64,000 bases of DNA from Candidatus Borrarchaeum weybense (GCA_019057385.1 JAHQJS010000004.1:1234539-1298538), one strand, 5' to 3'. Positions 19,183-29,433 are shown, counted from the stretch's first letter. The notes: generated by a model from the sequence alone, not told the origin. Made by a program: numbers and translations.

Positions 19183-20292
19183 TTATCTATACAGATCGTC
19201 AAGGTCATCTCGGTTACTTTGAAATCTTTGTTCATCAAGATCTATTTCAACATTTCTAAATTCTTGAACTTGCATTGTGCTTCTATCTGTCTCGGGAAGC
19301 GCTGATTTTGCAACAATGTAAAACTGACATAACTTTTCTTTGTGCATGAGAGTTATCCCACTCCACTTTCCATCCTCTGTTCCGAATCGTATCACAGATC
19401 CAAGCCCTGCACCTTGTTTTTCCTCTTCAAAGGACATCTTTGCTTCTGCGAGAGCATCTGATACTTTTTTCCAGTAGTCTTCATTGCTTTTCAAAACGTC
19501 TTTAGATTCTTCTTTATCCATCCTTAAAATTGCTTCCATTATAAAGCCGTTCAAGGTCTCATTTCTGACTTCTTTCCAAGCTTTTTTATTCCCATAGAAC
19601 TCTAGCGCATTTAATTGCCCGTTAATGAATACGGCAACACCGCACTGTTTTTCTACATCTTCAAAATGAAGAGTATATTTTTCAACACGCTCTTTTTGGT
19701 CACTGGCTAATTTATTATAGGAACGTGATACGTTTTGATCTGTCGTTTGTCCAAATACTGCCATTTGTGCTTCAATTCCGCCCCAGATTGAACCTTGTGA
19801 ATCTACTTCCTCCTTCATGGCGTTAGACATGATAGACGGGTTCAGGCGGATCTTTGCTGATTTGAATTTACGGTGTTCTGTTCCTTTTGGTGCAATTTCA
19901 GTAGAATTTTCAAGTTCAAATGACCATCTTCCTGCTTCCACGCATCTTGAAGGAATTGGAATTGGTTTGCCTGTCTGAGTTGGCGGAACAAGCAATGGTT
20001 GGTAAATAACTCGATCCTGCTTGCCACCCGAGATTGTGTGCCCGAAGGGTATCAAAATCGGAATTTTCGATGAATTAACGACTTCCAACTCGCTCACGCT
20101 TGCCGATTCTTGTTCACTAATATGGCTTGCGTTTTGTAATTCGGCTTCCTTTATAGTCATGAACTCTGCTTCATCGCCTTCTAAAATAAGCGGGATTATA
20201 GTCATGTTCTTGTAGCTTTGTAAATTTCCAAATCTTATTATTTTGTTTATATCTCCTTCAAAGATATTTTTTAAATAATCTAAATGCTTCAG
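19183..20292 (-). CDS. ARPP-1 / DUF6569-like domain protein
   Basis: SVSELEVVN, GGKQDR, CVEAGRW, SQGSIW and GVAVFING blocks; frame open upstream of Met20205 to a CTG/ATA (start uncertain). Confidence 0.7.
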   Translation of the reverse strand: MKHLDYLKNIFEGDINKIIRFGNLQSYKNMTIIPLILEGDEAEFMTIKEAELQNASHISEQESASVSELEVVNSSKIPILIPFGHTISGGKQDRVIYQPLLVPPTQTGKPIPIPSRCVEAGRWSFELENSTEIAPKGTEHRKFKSAKIRLNPSIMSNAMKEEVDSQGSIWGGIEAQMAVFGQTTDQNVSRSYNKLASDQKERVEKYTLHFEDVEKQCGVAVFINGQLNALEFYGNKKAWKEVRNETLNGFIMEAILRMDKEESKDVLKSNEDYWKKVSDALAEAKMSFEEEKQGAGLGSVIRFGTEDGKWSGITLMHKEKLCQFYIVAKSALPETDRSTMQVQEFRNVEIDLDEQRFQSNRDDLDDLYR

Positions 20293-20298
20293 TCCTAT

Positions 20299-20727
20299 TC
20301 AATCCTCCTTTTTGGGTTTTTTGAGTTTAGTTTCCTCAAGGGGTTCAATGTTATCGTTCAAGATTTCTAATGCACGATTACCGTTAGTGGTTAGTGCAAA
20401 ACCAAATTCAAGGTCTTTACTTCCATTTTTATATTCCTTAATATTTCGCCAACCTCTATATTTCGGACTAGCTAATTCTTCAAATTCTACGTGCTCTCTA
20501 TGTTGTGTTATCAATTTCTGGGTTTTTAATCTCTTCAACTTATTTGAAATGGTTGATTTTGGAACAGGCGTAGGAGGCGTGTCATCATCACTCTCTGATA
20601 GTAAATATTGTAGCTCATTTATTCCTTTAGGCTCAGAAAGAGATGTGATGATTTTTTGCTCACGAAGTGCTTCAAGCAATTGTTTTGGTGATAGTTTCTT
20701 CTTTTCTTTCTCATTTTCTTTACCCAT
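20299..20727 (-). CDS. Winged-helix DNA-binding protein
   Basis: PKSTISNKLKRLKTQKLI recognition helix and FALTTNG wing. Confidence 0.65.
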   Translation of the reverse strand: MGKENEKEKKKLSPKQLLEALREQKIITSLSEPKGINELQYLLSESDDDTPPTPVPKSTISNKLKRLKTQKLITQHREHVEFEELASPKYRGWRNIKEYKNGSKDLEFGFALTTNGNRALEILNDNIEPLEETKLKKPKKED

Positions 20728-20748
20728 TAAATCACCCTTTTGGGACTA

Positions 20749-20771
20749 ATAGTTCTATTTTTTCGAACTAT
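20749..20771. promoter_or_regulatory. Candidate operator upstream of the wHTH gene
   Basis: ATAGTTC-N9-GAACTAT inverted repeat between a TATA-like GTTTATAAAC (~20796-20805) and the start codon. Confidence 0.45.
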
Positions 20772-21147
20772 CTATCCCATATAGTGAAATAATAGTTTAT
20801 AAACCTTTGTACGGATTCGATTAACTTCGAGTTAATTTCTTGTAGTTAATGCTCCATTCATTAGAAAAGCATTGAAAAAGAGTTCCCGCTTATAAAAAGC
20901 ATACAAAAGAAGCCAATTAAAGAATATCGTAAAGAAATACTGACGGTTAATTAAGAAACACTTTTTTAACCATAGTTGTTATCAAAGAGAGAACGATAAA
21001 TGCATTTTTGCTTTTGTGGACATTTTTCCATTTAGATATACCATAATGAACGATTATTAAGCCACAATATTTATATTATAAATCTATCTATGAAATAGTG
21101 TAAATATTTCCGTTTACGGATATTGTTCAATATGATTTGAGAAGGAG

Positions 21148-21924
21148 ATGAACATGAAATTCTCCGAAACTTTAACGGATAAGGATGCCAGAATAGTTAT
21201 CGGAGAGCTTACACTAAGAGAACTAGAGCAACTTTATTCCCAAAGGGAATGGAAACAGACCCTAAGCCCTAAAATCGTGACCACAATTCTTAAAGAAATT
21301 CTCAAAGAGGCGACTCTTGAAGATATTGAAATAAGAGAAGAAACTGAAAATAATGAACGGTATGCAAAACTGCTGCAATTTTTTGGAGATATTTTAAAGG
21401 ACTATGTATGTATCAACGGTAGCAGTATTTCTCCGATGTTAACAAAGGAAGAATGTGATGCTGAGGTAGAACACCTAAATCAAGTTGCTAGAGCACATCA
21501 TCTGTCTTTTCAACTCGCTTACGGGATGAAACATAAAATAGGAGAATGTATAAACAAAGAACTTGGTGTAATTGACGAAACCTACAGTAAATCGTGCAAA
21601 GCAAGGGAACAGGTAGAATGTATAGATTTTGACATTATTGTGAAAGAAATTAAGCCAAAATTACATGAAAACGTCCTAAAATTAGTAGAAAGATATCATC
21701 CGATTCTCCTTGAAGAAAAACAGAGTTTAATCGAAAATACTACTGATGAACAGCTTGACAGAATTTTAGAACTTTATGTTAAAAATGCAAAAAATTCTAT
21801 CGAATATGGATATCTCAAGCATGATCCTCAGAAGATCAAAGACTACATTTATAATGCTGTCTTAGAAAGTATAGAATGGTGGTTAAAAAACGTTTTTGAA
21901 GACCAACTTATAGATTTCATTTAG
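21148..21924 (+). CDS. Hypothetical helical acidic protein
   Basis: 258-aa ORF behind AAGGAG; no recognisable motif. Confidence 0.7.
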   Translation: MNMKFSETLTDKDARIVIGELTLRELEQLYSQREWKQTLSPKIVTTILKEILKEATLEDIEIREETENNERYAKLLQFFGDILKDYVCINGSSISPMLTKEECDAEVEHLNQVARAHHLSFQLAYGMKHKIGECINKELGVIDETYSKSCKAREQVECIDFDIIVKEIKPKLHENVLKLVERYHPILLEEKQSLIENTTDEQLDRILELYVKNAKNSIEYGYLKHDPQKIKDYIYNAVLESIEWWLKNVFEDQLIDFI

Positions 21925-22167
21925 ATAATCCCCTTTTTCATTGATAAGGGACGAGTTTAATCCACGGAATTTCCTGTAATAGAAAACCTCCTCTTTTTAG
22001 GTATTTAATTGTATATTAGGGAAGTAATAGGGAAGTAATAAAACCATCCAGTAGAAGTTCCACCAATTTTTGGCGCCATAAATATTTCTCTTAGAGTGAA
22101 AGCATATACTCCACGGTTTTGTGGTATACGTCAGTTTTGAAGCAGAAGTTTAGGTAACTCTTACATT

Positions 22168-22267
22168 TGTATCGATCAGCTTAGATACATATCGAAAATT
22201 TTAAATATGACATTGTCATTATCATACCCAAGTTCATCAATAGTTTTCCTGAATCGAATTGATGAAC
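22168..22267. promoter_or_regulatory. Candidate ArsR operators around the acr3 promoter
   Basis: TGTATC-N10-GATACA (22168-22189) and GTTCATCAAT-N16-ATTGATGAAC (22232-22267) flank TATA-like TTTTAAATA. Confidence 0.5.
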
Positions 22268-22352
22268 AAATCTTTAACGGGGGCGTGTGATCCTCTTATG
22301 ATATGAAATTAACAGAAAATTACATAGAGGTATTAAAGCAGGTGTAAACGAA

Positions 22353-23462
22353 ATGAATACACAACAAATACAAGGTCAAGTTGAAGTAAAGGAAGAAATG
22401 GGTCGATCAATTAATTATTTTGAAAGATATCTTACCGTCTGGGTAGGTCTTTGCATTGTTGCTGGCATTGTGCTTTCTCAAATAATTCCAGCGATAAGTA
22501 CAACCATTGATTCGTGGCAATTTGCTAGTATTAATATTCCGATTGGCATTTGCCTGTTCTTAATGATGTATCCTGCAATGCTCAATCTCCAAACTTCAGA
22601 GATTAAAAAACTAGGTAAAAATCCCAAACCGATAATTCTAACTCTGATTTCAAATTGGATTATTGCCCCTTTCGTTGGATTTCTAATGGCAAGGATATTT
22701 CTCGCTGGATTTGAGCAATTAATAGTAGCTGTAATCTTACTAGCGAGTTCACCTTGTACTGCTATGGTCTTAGTTTGGGGCTGGATGTGTGAGGGAAACC
22801 AAGAACAAAACGTGGTCAATACTAGCCTAAATACGGTCACTATAATGATCCTATTTGTTCCAATAGTTGCGCTTCTCACAGGAATCCAAAACATCCCAAT
22901 TAATTACTTGCTACTTATTCTGTCAGTGGTCTTGTTTATTGGATTACCTATGAGTCTGGGAATCATTAGCAAAAGAGCAATTGTTTCCTTAAAGGGATTA
23001 GAGTGGTTCGATAATATTTACCGCCCTTTTGTTGGAAAAGTATCTATTGTTGCACTATTAACTACTTTGGTGGTGCTGTTTTCTTTAAATGGAAATGTAT
23101 TGCTGCTTAATCCTGACCTTCTGGTCTTAGTGTCAATACCTTTGCTGCTAGGCTTTGCTATAGTCGTTGGTTTCAATACTTTGATTACGAAAATATTCAG
23201 TCTTAATTACAGGGAAGCAATTATCACGGTAATTATTGGATCTTCAAGTCACTTTGAAATTGCGATTGCTACGGCTGTTACAATGTATGGTGTCGGTTCA
23301 CTTGCCGCCTTAGGAACTACAATGGGATTATTCTGGGAAGTTCCCATTATGCTCGGTTTAGTTTATTTAGGAAAATATCTTGGCAAAAGAGGGTTCTGGA
23401 AATGGCCGGAATCAGCATTAGATGCATGTGAAATTGTTGATGATCCCTCTGTTACATTATAG
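22353..23462 (+). CDS. acr3: ACR3 family arsenite efflux transporter
   Basis: FERYLTVWV, MMYP, PCTAMVLVW, SSHFEIAIATA, EVP. Confidence 0.93.
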   Translation: MNTQQIQGQVEVKEEMGRSINYFERYLTVWVGLCIVAGIVLSQIIPAISTTIDSWQFASINIPIGICLFLMMYPAMLNLQTSEIKKLGKNPKPIILTLISNWIIAPFVGFLMARIFLAGFEQLIVAVILLASSPCTAMVLVWGWMCEGNQEQNVVNTSLNTVTIMILFVPIVALLTGIQNIPINYLLLILSVVLFIGLPMSLGIISKRAIVSLKGLEWFDNIYRPFVGKVSIVALLTTLVVLFSLNGNVLLLNPDLLVLVSIPLLLGFAIVVGFNTLITKIFSLNYREAIITVIIGSSSHFEIAIATAVTMYGVGSLAALGTTMGLFWEVPIMLGLVYLGKYLGKRGFWKWPESALDACEIVDDPSVTL

Positions 23463-23580
23463 GTTCGACAATTCCCTAACTTCATCCCTTTTTTATTTTA
23501 TCTACTTTAATAGAAAAATGAACGATTATATCTTGAAGCAAATAAAGTTTATACATCTCAAATGAAAGAAGTGAGTTAAC

Positions 23581-23994
23581 ATGCCGATAGAAAGTGAAAG
23601 ATTAGAAAGACTTATTGACTCGGGAGAATGCCCTTCAAAAAGTTCCGAAGTTTATGCAAAAGAGCTGAAAGCGTTAAATGATCAATTAGATAAAGAGGTT
23701 CCCGAAAAACTACTCCAATTGTTTAATGCATTATCGGATCATAAAAGATGGAAAATTGTTAAACTGTTACTCAATCGCAAATTGTGCGTCTGTGAGTTTA
23801 CTGAGGTGCTAGAGGTGACACAATCGACTGTGAGCCATCATCTGAGTATTTTAGAGAGCGCAGGACTAATAAGAGGCTTTAAGAAAGGAAAATGGACGTT
23901 TTATGAGGTAAAAAAACCAGATCACGTTGCCAAACTTTTTAAATTTGCTGAAGAATTAGTTAATTCCAAGGTTAGTGTTCTACCAGCCATTTAG
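23581..23994 (+). CDS. arsR: ArsR/SmtB metalloregulator
   Basis: FNALSD..R..I, LCVCE metal site, QSTVSHHL, GKWTFY. Confidence 0.9.
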   Translation: MPIESERLERLIDSGECPSKSSEVYAKELKALNDQLDKEVPEKLLQLFNALSDHKRWKIVKLLLNRKLCVCEFTEVLEVTQSTVSHHLSILESAGLIRGFKKGKWTFYEVKKPDHVAKLFKFAEELVNSKVSVLPAI

Positions 23995-23999
23995 GAAAT

Positions 24000-24584
24000 T
24001 TATCTTTGATGATTGACTTTTTGTAACTCCTGTTCTTTCTTTTGTCTTAAAAGTGCCTCCTTGTTTGGAACATCATCTTTTAATAGAAAGGATGCCCACG
24101 TTGTATCTACTTTGTCAATATTTGCTTCCCAGTATAGTAAACGGTCATACAACCAATTACATTCTTTAGCAATCACATCATCAGCGTCTTTTTGTTCAGC
24201 AGCATATACAAATGCAGTAATCGTGTACATAACAAAACCCATGGCGTGCGTTTCAATATGGACAGTTCCAACAACGTGTCCCATAGCGCGAGCAGCAGCA
24301 CAAGCAGCGGGATCTTCTTCGGCGACTGCGGTTGCGGCATTGTGTGTAGCATGGGCAGCCTTTTTGGCCACTGGCATTTTTATCTTTCCACGCGCCCATG
24401 CTTTTGCTGCTTCAACAGCTTCTCGTGGTCGCTCATCTTGGGGATACTTCTCTTCAAAAATCGGAAGTATGCGCTCGGCACATTCAATACTCCATACTAC
24501 CAACGTCCTATGCTTTTGCTTTTCAATCAGTTCCCTAATTGGCCGTAAGCAGGCGCTTTCTCTTGTAACCAAAAGTTTTTTCAT
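24000..24584 (-). CDS. Imm5-like putative immunity protein
   Basis: W..ECAE.ILP.FE...P.DERPREA..AA..W.RG and AARA.GH..GT.H...HA pattern. Confidence 0.75.
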   Translation of the reverse strand: MKKLLVTRESACLRPIRELIEKQKHRTLVVWSIECAERILPIFEEKYPQDERPREAVEAAKAWARGKIKMPVAKKAAHATHNAATAVAEEDPAACAAARAMGHVVGTVHIETHAMGFVMYTITAFVYAAEQKDADDVIAKECNWLYDRLLYWEANIDKVDTTWASFLLKDDVPNKEALLRQKKEQELQKVNHQR

Positions 24585-24691
24585 AATTTTTCTCCTTAAT
24601 TTTTAATTTTCTTTGCTGGGGAATTAGTTTAACCACTATTTCAATTAGAATTGTAGTAAAAAAAACTGAAGCGAAGAACTTCCAGTTTGAA

Positions 24692-25495
24692 TTAAAAGAA
24701 ATAATTCTCTTCTGTTCCCAGCATATATTCGAGGGTTGAATGGTAGACGTCAACAAACTGATCAAAAGCATCTATATTCGGATCCAGAACTGGATTGAGT
24801 TCAACTATGACATAATGAGATAAATTGTTCTTTTCAAATGTTATTAACTTCTTTTGTGCAACATCCAAAATTAGGCGTCCTTCAGGAACTCTAAGTTCTC
24901 CTGACTTAATTGCGTCCACGAAAAGGCGATATTTGTCACTGTGGAGACCTCCCAGACAAACTTTAGCGTTCTTAACTCCTGAAGTCGTCTTCACGGTAAA
25001 CGTTTTTTTCACCAAATTCCCCAATAATCTCTTAGGGATTAAGTGATTGTTTTGTACCTTTGTTAAGACTTCGTCTGCCATTTTTTGGCCTCTTGCTAAT
25101 TCTATGACTCGAATTTCCTTTGTGATCTTCTCCTCATCAGCTTTTGCAGTAGGATCAATAACATCAGGGCTTATAATATCAACAAGCGGGGTTGGTTTGT
25201 CTGGCCTAAGTTCAGTGCTATCAAAAATCACTCCGGAAATTGTCTTAACCTCTGGAATTGGTCGACCACCTACGGACATATTTCCATACATTACTGCAGG
25301 TCCTATAAGACAAGACCGAACTAATGTTTCTCCAGTCTCTTCATTGGTAGATATAAGGTTCCATACTTGTTTCGATGTAGCTAGGATATATCCTTCAAGT
25401 TGAAAGGATCCCATTTGACTCTCATAATCTGGAATATAAAGTTCAAGTATCCAGAAAAGAGTTGGAAATTCGAGGACATCTTGAATTTCAAACAC
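24692..25495 (-). CDS. Hypothetical protein
   Basis: 267-aa ORF with normal protein composition, no recognised motif. Confidence 0.7.
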   Translation of the reverse strand: MFEIQDVLEFPTLFWILELYIPDYESQMGSFQLEGYILATSKQVWNLISTNEETGETLVRSCLIGPAVMYGNMSVGGRPIPEVKTISGVIFDSTELRPDKPTPLVDIISPDVIDPTAKADEEKITKEIRVIELARGQKMADEVLTKVQNNHLIPKRLLGNLVKKTFTVKTTSGVKNAKVCLGGLHSDKYRLFVDAIKSGELRVPEGRLILDVAQKKLITFEKNNLSHYVIVELNPVLDPNIDAFDQFVDVYHSTLEYMLGTEENYFF

Positions 25496-25817
25496 ACCCC
25501 AGTAGCGCTCTAAATTGACGATAATTTCAGAAACTTTCTTTAAAATACATATAATTTGCTATCTGTATAACAATATTATACATTTGGAAAGTTTATCTCT
25601 CATATTTTTTTTATGAAATCATGAATTTAAAGTTTCTCAGAGATTTATACACAATTCTATTTCTATATGATATTGAGGTCTTCTATCTTTATTTTGTACA
25701 TGGATACAGAAACGAAAAAATTAAAGGACATTAGATCAATATATGAACAATGCGCAAAGATATCTTCCTCTAATAAGGGGAAATAAAAAATAGGGGTAAG
25801 TAGTTAAAGATAGTCTT

Positions 25818-27134
25818 CTATTTTTGTCTTTTCTTACGCAGAATCATCGTTACTAGCGTAATAAGGGGGATAAGTCCAAGAAGCAAAGTTCCAAAACAGA
25901 ATCCTGTACCGCCATCTCCAGCATCTCCAGTACCACCGCCTTCACCAGGGGACGTATCAATTGAAGATTCACCGCTTACTATTTCAGCATTTGACCAGTC
26001 GTACGCAAAAACATCGACGAAAAATCCTGCTACGCTTGTGTCAAAAATAATGACGCCTGCCTCTCTATTTTCATTCGCCGCTTCGTAGGACCAATTGATG
26101 CTTGAGATCAAAACAATTGAGTTATCTACGATAACGCCTTTGTTGTGACAATATTCAAAAACACTGCTAGAATATGCCACTTCGATTCCTTCAGATGCCA
26201 TATAACTTGCCGAATCTGCCGCACCAGATGGTTGTTTATCAATGATTACTTTAACGGTGACGCCACGATCCACAGCAGCTTCGAGTTCATCCAAAAACTC
26301 ATCTGAGCTGCCATCCCATTCAGTTTTAATATAAGCTTGTTGGACATAAATAGTGTCTGTGGCGGACTGCAAAAGCGATTTTATCGCAGAGACATCGTTA
26401 TCTGGTGAAACGATAGTTTGAATGGTCATGCTTCCTGTATATTTCTTTGAACTGAAAGACTTTGAATAACTGCCAGAAGACACACTTTCTGAAAAGGTTT
26501 TTTCATGATCAGCATCTTCAAAGTATGGTGTAGCTATACCCATATCGTTGTTAAAAACTTGTAGAAAGTAGTTGACGACATCACTGTTTTTGATCATCAC
26601 TCCCCATTCGCGATTACCGTAACTGGGATCTTTTGGAACGCTCGTCTTCGCCCAATTCGCACTCTGGACTAGTACAACTTCTTGATCTATGATAATGTAC
26701 TTCGCATGAGTGAAGTCATACGTATTTGAAGACTCAAACAAATTTACGTTTGTAGCACCTGCGTCATCTGCCGCTTGTGATAGATAATAGAGTGCGCCTC
26801 TTGTATTTGAGGTTTCAAATCCTGATGCATGACGGTATGAAACGATCACGTTAATTATAATGGAGGGATTTTCGTTCATTTTATCGACTAGAGCGTTTAG
26901 GAGGAATGTATTAGAAATGGCATAAATGCATAGGTCAATTTCTTCGTCTGCGCTATCCAACGCATCTATCGTTACGCCGTAAATTGAATCCGGGGATGTA
27001 TAGCATGTTACCTCCATATTACCAGAATGCTTTGTGGCAGAAAAGTTAGAAGCTGTAGCTAATTGTGTGAAAATAACTCCAGTGAATAGTAGCGTTAGTG
27101 TTAGTGTTGTTACAAATAGATATTTCCTTCGCAT
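25818..27134 (-). CDS. Secreted, C-terminally anchored phospholipase D / nuclease family protein
   Basis: Signal peptide, two HKD motifs (HAKYIIID, HNKGVIVD), NRE motifs, Gly-rich linker, C-terminal TM and basic tail. Confidence 0.9.
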   Translation of the reverse strand: MRRKYLFVTTLTLTLLFTGVIFTQLATASNFSATKHSGNMEVTCYTSPDSIYGVTIDALDSADEEIDLCIYAISNTFLLNALVDKMNENPSIIINVIVSYRHASGFETSNTRGALYYLSQAADDAGATNVNLFESSNTYDFTHAKYIIIDQEVVLVQSANWAKTSVPKDPSYGNREWGVMIKNSDVVNYFLQVFNNDMGIATPYFEDADHEKTFSESVSSGSYSKSFSSKKYTGSMTIQTIVSPDNDVSAIKSLLQSATDTIYVQQAYIKTEWDGSSDEFLDELEAAVDRGVTVKVIIDKQPSGAADSASYMASEGIEVAYSSSVFEYCHNKGVIVDNSIVLISSINWSYEAANENREAGVIIFDTSVAGFFVDVFAYDWSNAEIVSGESSIDTSPGEGGGTGDAGDGGTGFCFGTLLLGLIPLITLVTMILRKKRQK

Positions 27135-27424
27135 TAATTTTCACCTTTTTTAAGACTTAAATATTATGTATGAGCTGTGAATATTTAAGTCTGTATCAAT
27201 TGTTCTGAACGAATTTGCTATAAAAGACTGATGGAGGCAGAAATGTTAAGGCTAGAATGATAAATGGGTTAGCTAATAATTATCTGATCTTTCAAACGAC
27301 GCACCTTAAATCAGATAAACGACTGGATTATCATTTTCAATTAATTAAAGAAGATAAAGTATTGATCTATTGTTATTGTAATCTAATGCGTGCCTCAAAG
27401 GGTTCGCAGTTTTGAAAATGACTC

Positions 27425-28264
27425 TTATGCAAAATACCGTAGCACAAGAAGGCCTGCCAAAAGAATATACAAACCTGCAATAAAATATCGCAAGTTCGTA
27501 GCAGAGACTCTGTGAGAGAATCGTGCGCCCATTTGTGCACCTATCACTAAACTCGGTGCGATAAACACAAGATATACATAATTTACATGCCCCAGTGACG
27601 CATGAGTAAGAAACGCCGCGAAGGCGGTTATAGTAACCATAAGGCTTGAGGTTCCCGTGGCTAAATTCACAGGAAGTCCACCAGCAATTAATACAGGGAC
27701 TTTCAAAACACCGCCTGAAATGCCGAAAAACCCAGCAGCGAAACCGGCTAAAAAACTTGCGGGGAGTACGAGAGCTAAATTTACAATATATTCAACATTC
27801 TTATCATCGCTATTTATTAGAGTTCTTCTGACGTAAAAAAAACGGTGGTGTCCAGCCGTAATATGTTGTCCCGCGTCACTATTGATTTCGATTTCACAAG
27901 AGCTGTTGGCTTTCAAAACAATGACTGAATTGATAAGCAGGAGGAGTGCGAAAAGAATTTCCAAAAAGACCGTCGATATAAGAGTTGTTGTATACGCACC
28001 AAGAATTGCGCCTGGAACAGTTACTGATTCTAAAAGCAGCCCAAGTTTCCAGTCGACCCTCCTCTGTCTAAAATATTCAATAAAAGATGAAATTCCTGTG
28101 AACATTACTGCGCTGATACTAATTCCTACGGCTTGACGTGCATCAAAACCAAGAAATAGCAGAGTAGGCACCAATAAGATACCTCCACCAATACCAAGCA
28201 TAGCTGAAATGAAGCCGATTATTAGAGTGGTTATAACTAATAGCACATAGATAAGTAATCCCAT
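27425..28264 (-). CDS. TSUP (TauE/SafE) family transporter
   Basis: Duplicated GIGGG..VP / GISGG..VP, ATGTS. Confidence 0.9.
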   Translation of the reverse strand: MGLLIYVLLVITTLIIGFISAMLGIGGGILLVPTLLFLGFDARQAVGISISAVMFTGISSFIEYFRQRRVDWKLGLLLESVTVPGAILGAYTTTLISTVFLEILFALLLLINSVIVLKANSSCEIEINSDAGQHITAGHHRFFYVRRTLINSDDKNVEYIVNLALVLPASFLAGFAAGFFGISGGVLKVPVLIAGGLPVNLATGTSSLMVTITAFAAFLTHASLGHVNYVYLVFIAPSLVIGAQMGARFSHRVSATNLRYFIAGLYILLAGLLVLRYFA

Positions 28265-28341
28265 AATTTATCCCAGATTTTAATCAATACGCTGTAAGTC
28301 ATAATAATAGTTTTTATAGTTGTGGTATCTATATGGATTAC

Positions 28342-28440
28342 AATGCGAGGAATACCTCGCATTATGCGGAGAACACGTTCTTGTGCATGAGACCGAACCT
28401 GGGAGGTCCCACGCTTTCGACGATGGGGACGGATGACAGG
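28342..28440 (+). ncRNA. Candidate structured leader or small RNA (three hairpins)
   Basis: GC-rich island ~25 nt downstream of TTTTATA; stems AATGCGAGG/CCTCGCATT, ATGCG-GAGAAC/GTTCTT-G-TGCAT, CCTG..GTCCC/GGGAC..CAGG. Confidence 0.5.
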
Positions 28441-28464
28441 CAAAAGGAAGAAAAAGGTGAAAAA

Positions 28465-28941
28465 ATGAAAGAATTAAAATACGAATTTTCAACGCAAGAA
28501 GAAATTAACAAGGGTTTAAATTGTCTAAAGGACGTAACTGAAGTTACATCTGAAGAAATGGAGGAAACTGGTAGCCTCAAAATTAAATCTTCAGATAGAT
28601 CGCTAATAATGATAGTTCATTCTATATTTTCTAAAGAGCAAGAACTTACAATAGAAGTATATGCCACTACTACGACTGAAGATGCAGAGAATGTAGTGAA
28701 GGAGTGTTTTGGAACACCAAAGTCAGAAAGAAAACTAGCACCCTCAATATTGGAAGTGTCAAAAATCATTATCCAGTCTACTAGACAAAACCTAGATCTG
28801 TTGTCTGAAGATGTATGTGATATATTTGGACTGAAGGCAAAGCATTTTGAAAAATATAAAAAGATGATTATTCAGTCTGCCTCGATGCCTGGAGCGCTAC
28901 CTGAGGTAAAACAGGCCGCAGATAAAATAGAATCCTTATAA
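28465..28941 (+). CDS. Hypothetical protein
   Basis: Start ATG 28465 behind AGGTGA; the ORF-finder extension to 28333 runs through the structured RNA. Confidence 0.7.
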   Translation: MKELKYEFSTQEEINKGLNCLKDVTEVTSEEMEETGSLKIKSSDRSLIMIVHSIFSKEQELTIEVYATTTTEDAENVVKECFGTPKSERKLAPSILEVSKIIIQSTRQNLDLLSEDVCDIFGLKAKHFEKYKKMIIQSASMPGALPEVKQAADKIESL

Positions 28942-28994
28942 ATACCTCAAAAACTATCATATTCAACAAATTGCAAATACTTGGAGTTGAATTA

Positions 28995-29342
28995 ATGACG
29001 GAAAGGGAAAATAGTCTCGTTGTAGTTTGGAGTAGCGGAGATCGCGAAGTTGCACTTAAAATGGTCTTCATGTACACTTTGAATTCAAAATTGAAAGATT
29101 GGTGGGAAGATGTTCGCTTTATTGTTTGGGGTCCATCAGCAAAGTTATTGAGTGTTGATGTCGAACTACAAGAATACTTACAAAAAATGAGAGATGCTGG
29201 AGTGATATTAGAAGCATGCAAAAAGTGTTCAGACCTTTTTGGAGTTTCAGCAAAACTCGAAGACCTAGGCATCGATGTAAAATATATGGGAGTACCGTTA
29301 ACGACATATTTGAAGGAAGGTCGACACATAATCACTTTTTAA
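28995..29342 (+). CDS. DsrE-like protein
   Basis: WGPSAKL, ACKKC, YMGVPLT pattern. Confidence 0.8.
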   Translation: MTERENSLVVVWSSGDREVALKMVFMYTLNSKLKDWWEDVRFIVWGPSAKLLSVDVELQEYLQKMRDAGVILEACKKCSDLFGVSAKLEDLGIDVKYMGVPLTTYLKEGRHIITF

Positions 29343-29433
29343 TTAATCTATCATTCTTAAAGAGTTAGAACTCAAATAGAATGTTGCTCAATAGAGTAAA
29401 GTAGAATCATCTTTCATCAAAGGTATTTATTCT

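Noticed and set aside
27280-27318. Inverted repeat TTATCTGAT-N21-ATCAGATAA and other small palindromes (47569-47580, 58701-58722)
   Set aside because: Single occurrences in AT-rich intergenic DNA with no assignable function.
28342-28440. 5S rRNA, SECIS, hammerhead or SAM-I identity for the structured segment
   Set aside because: Only short motif coincidences (CCGAAC, GAUGA); order and pairing do not fit those families.
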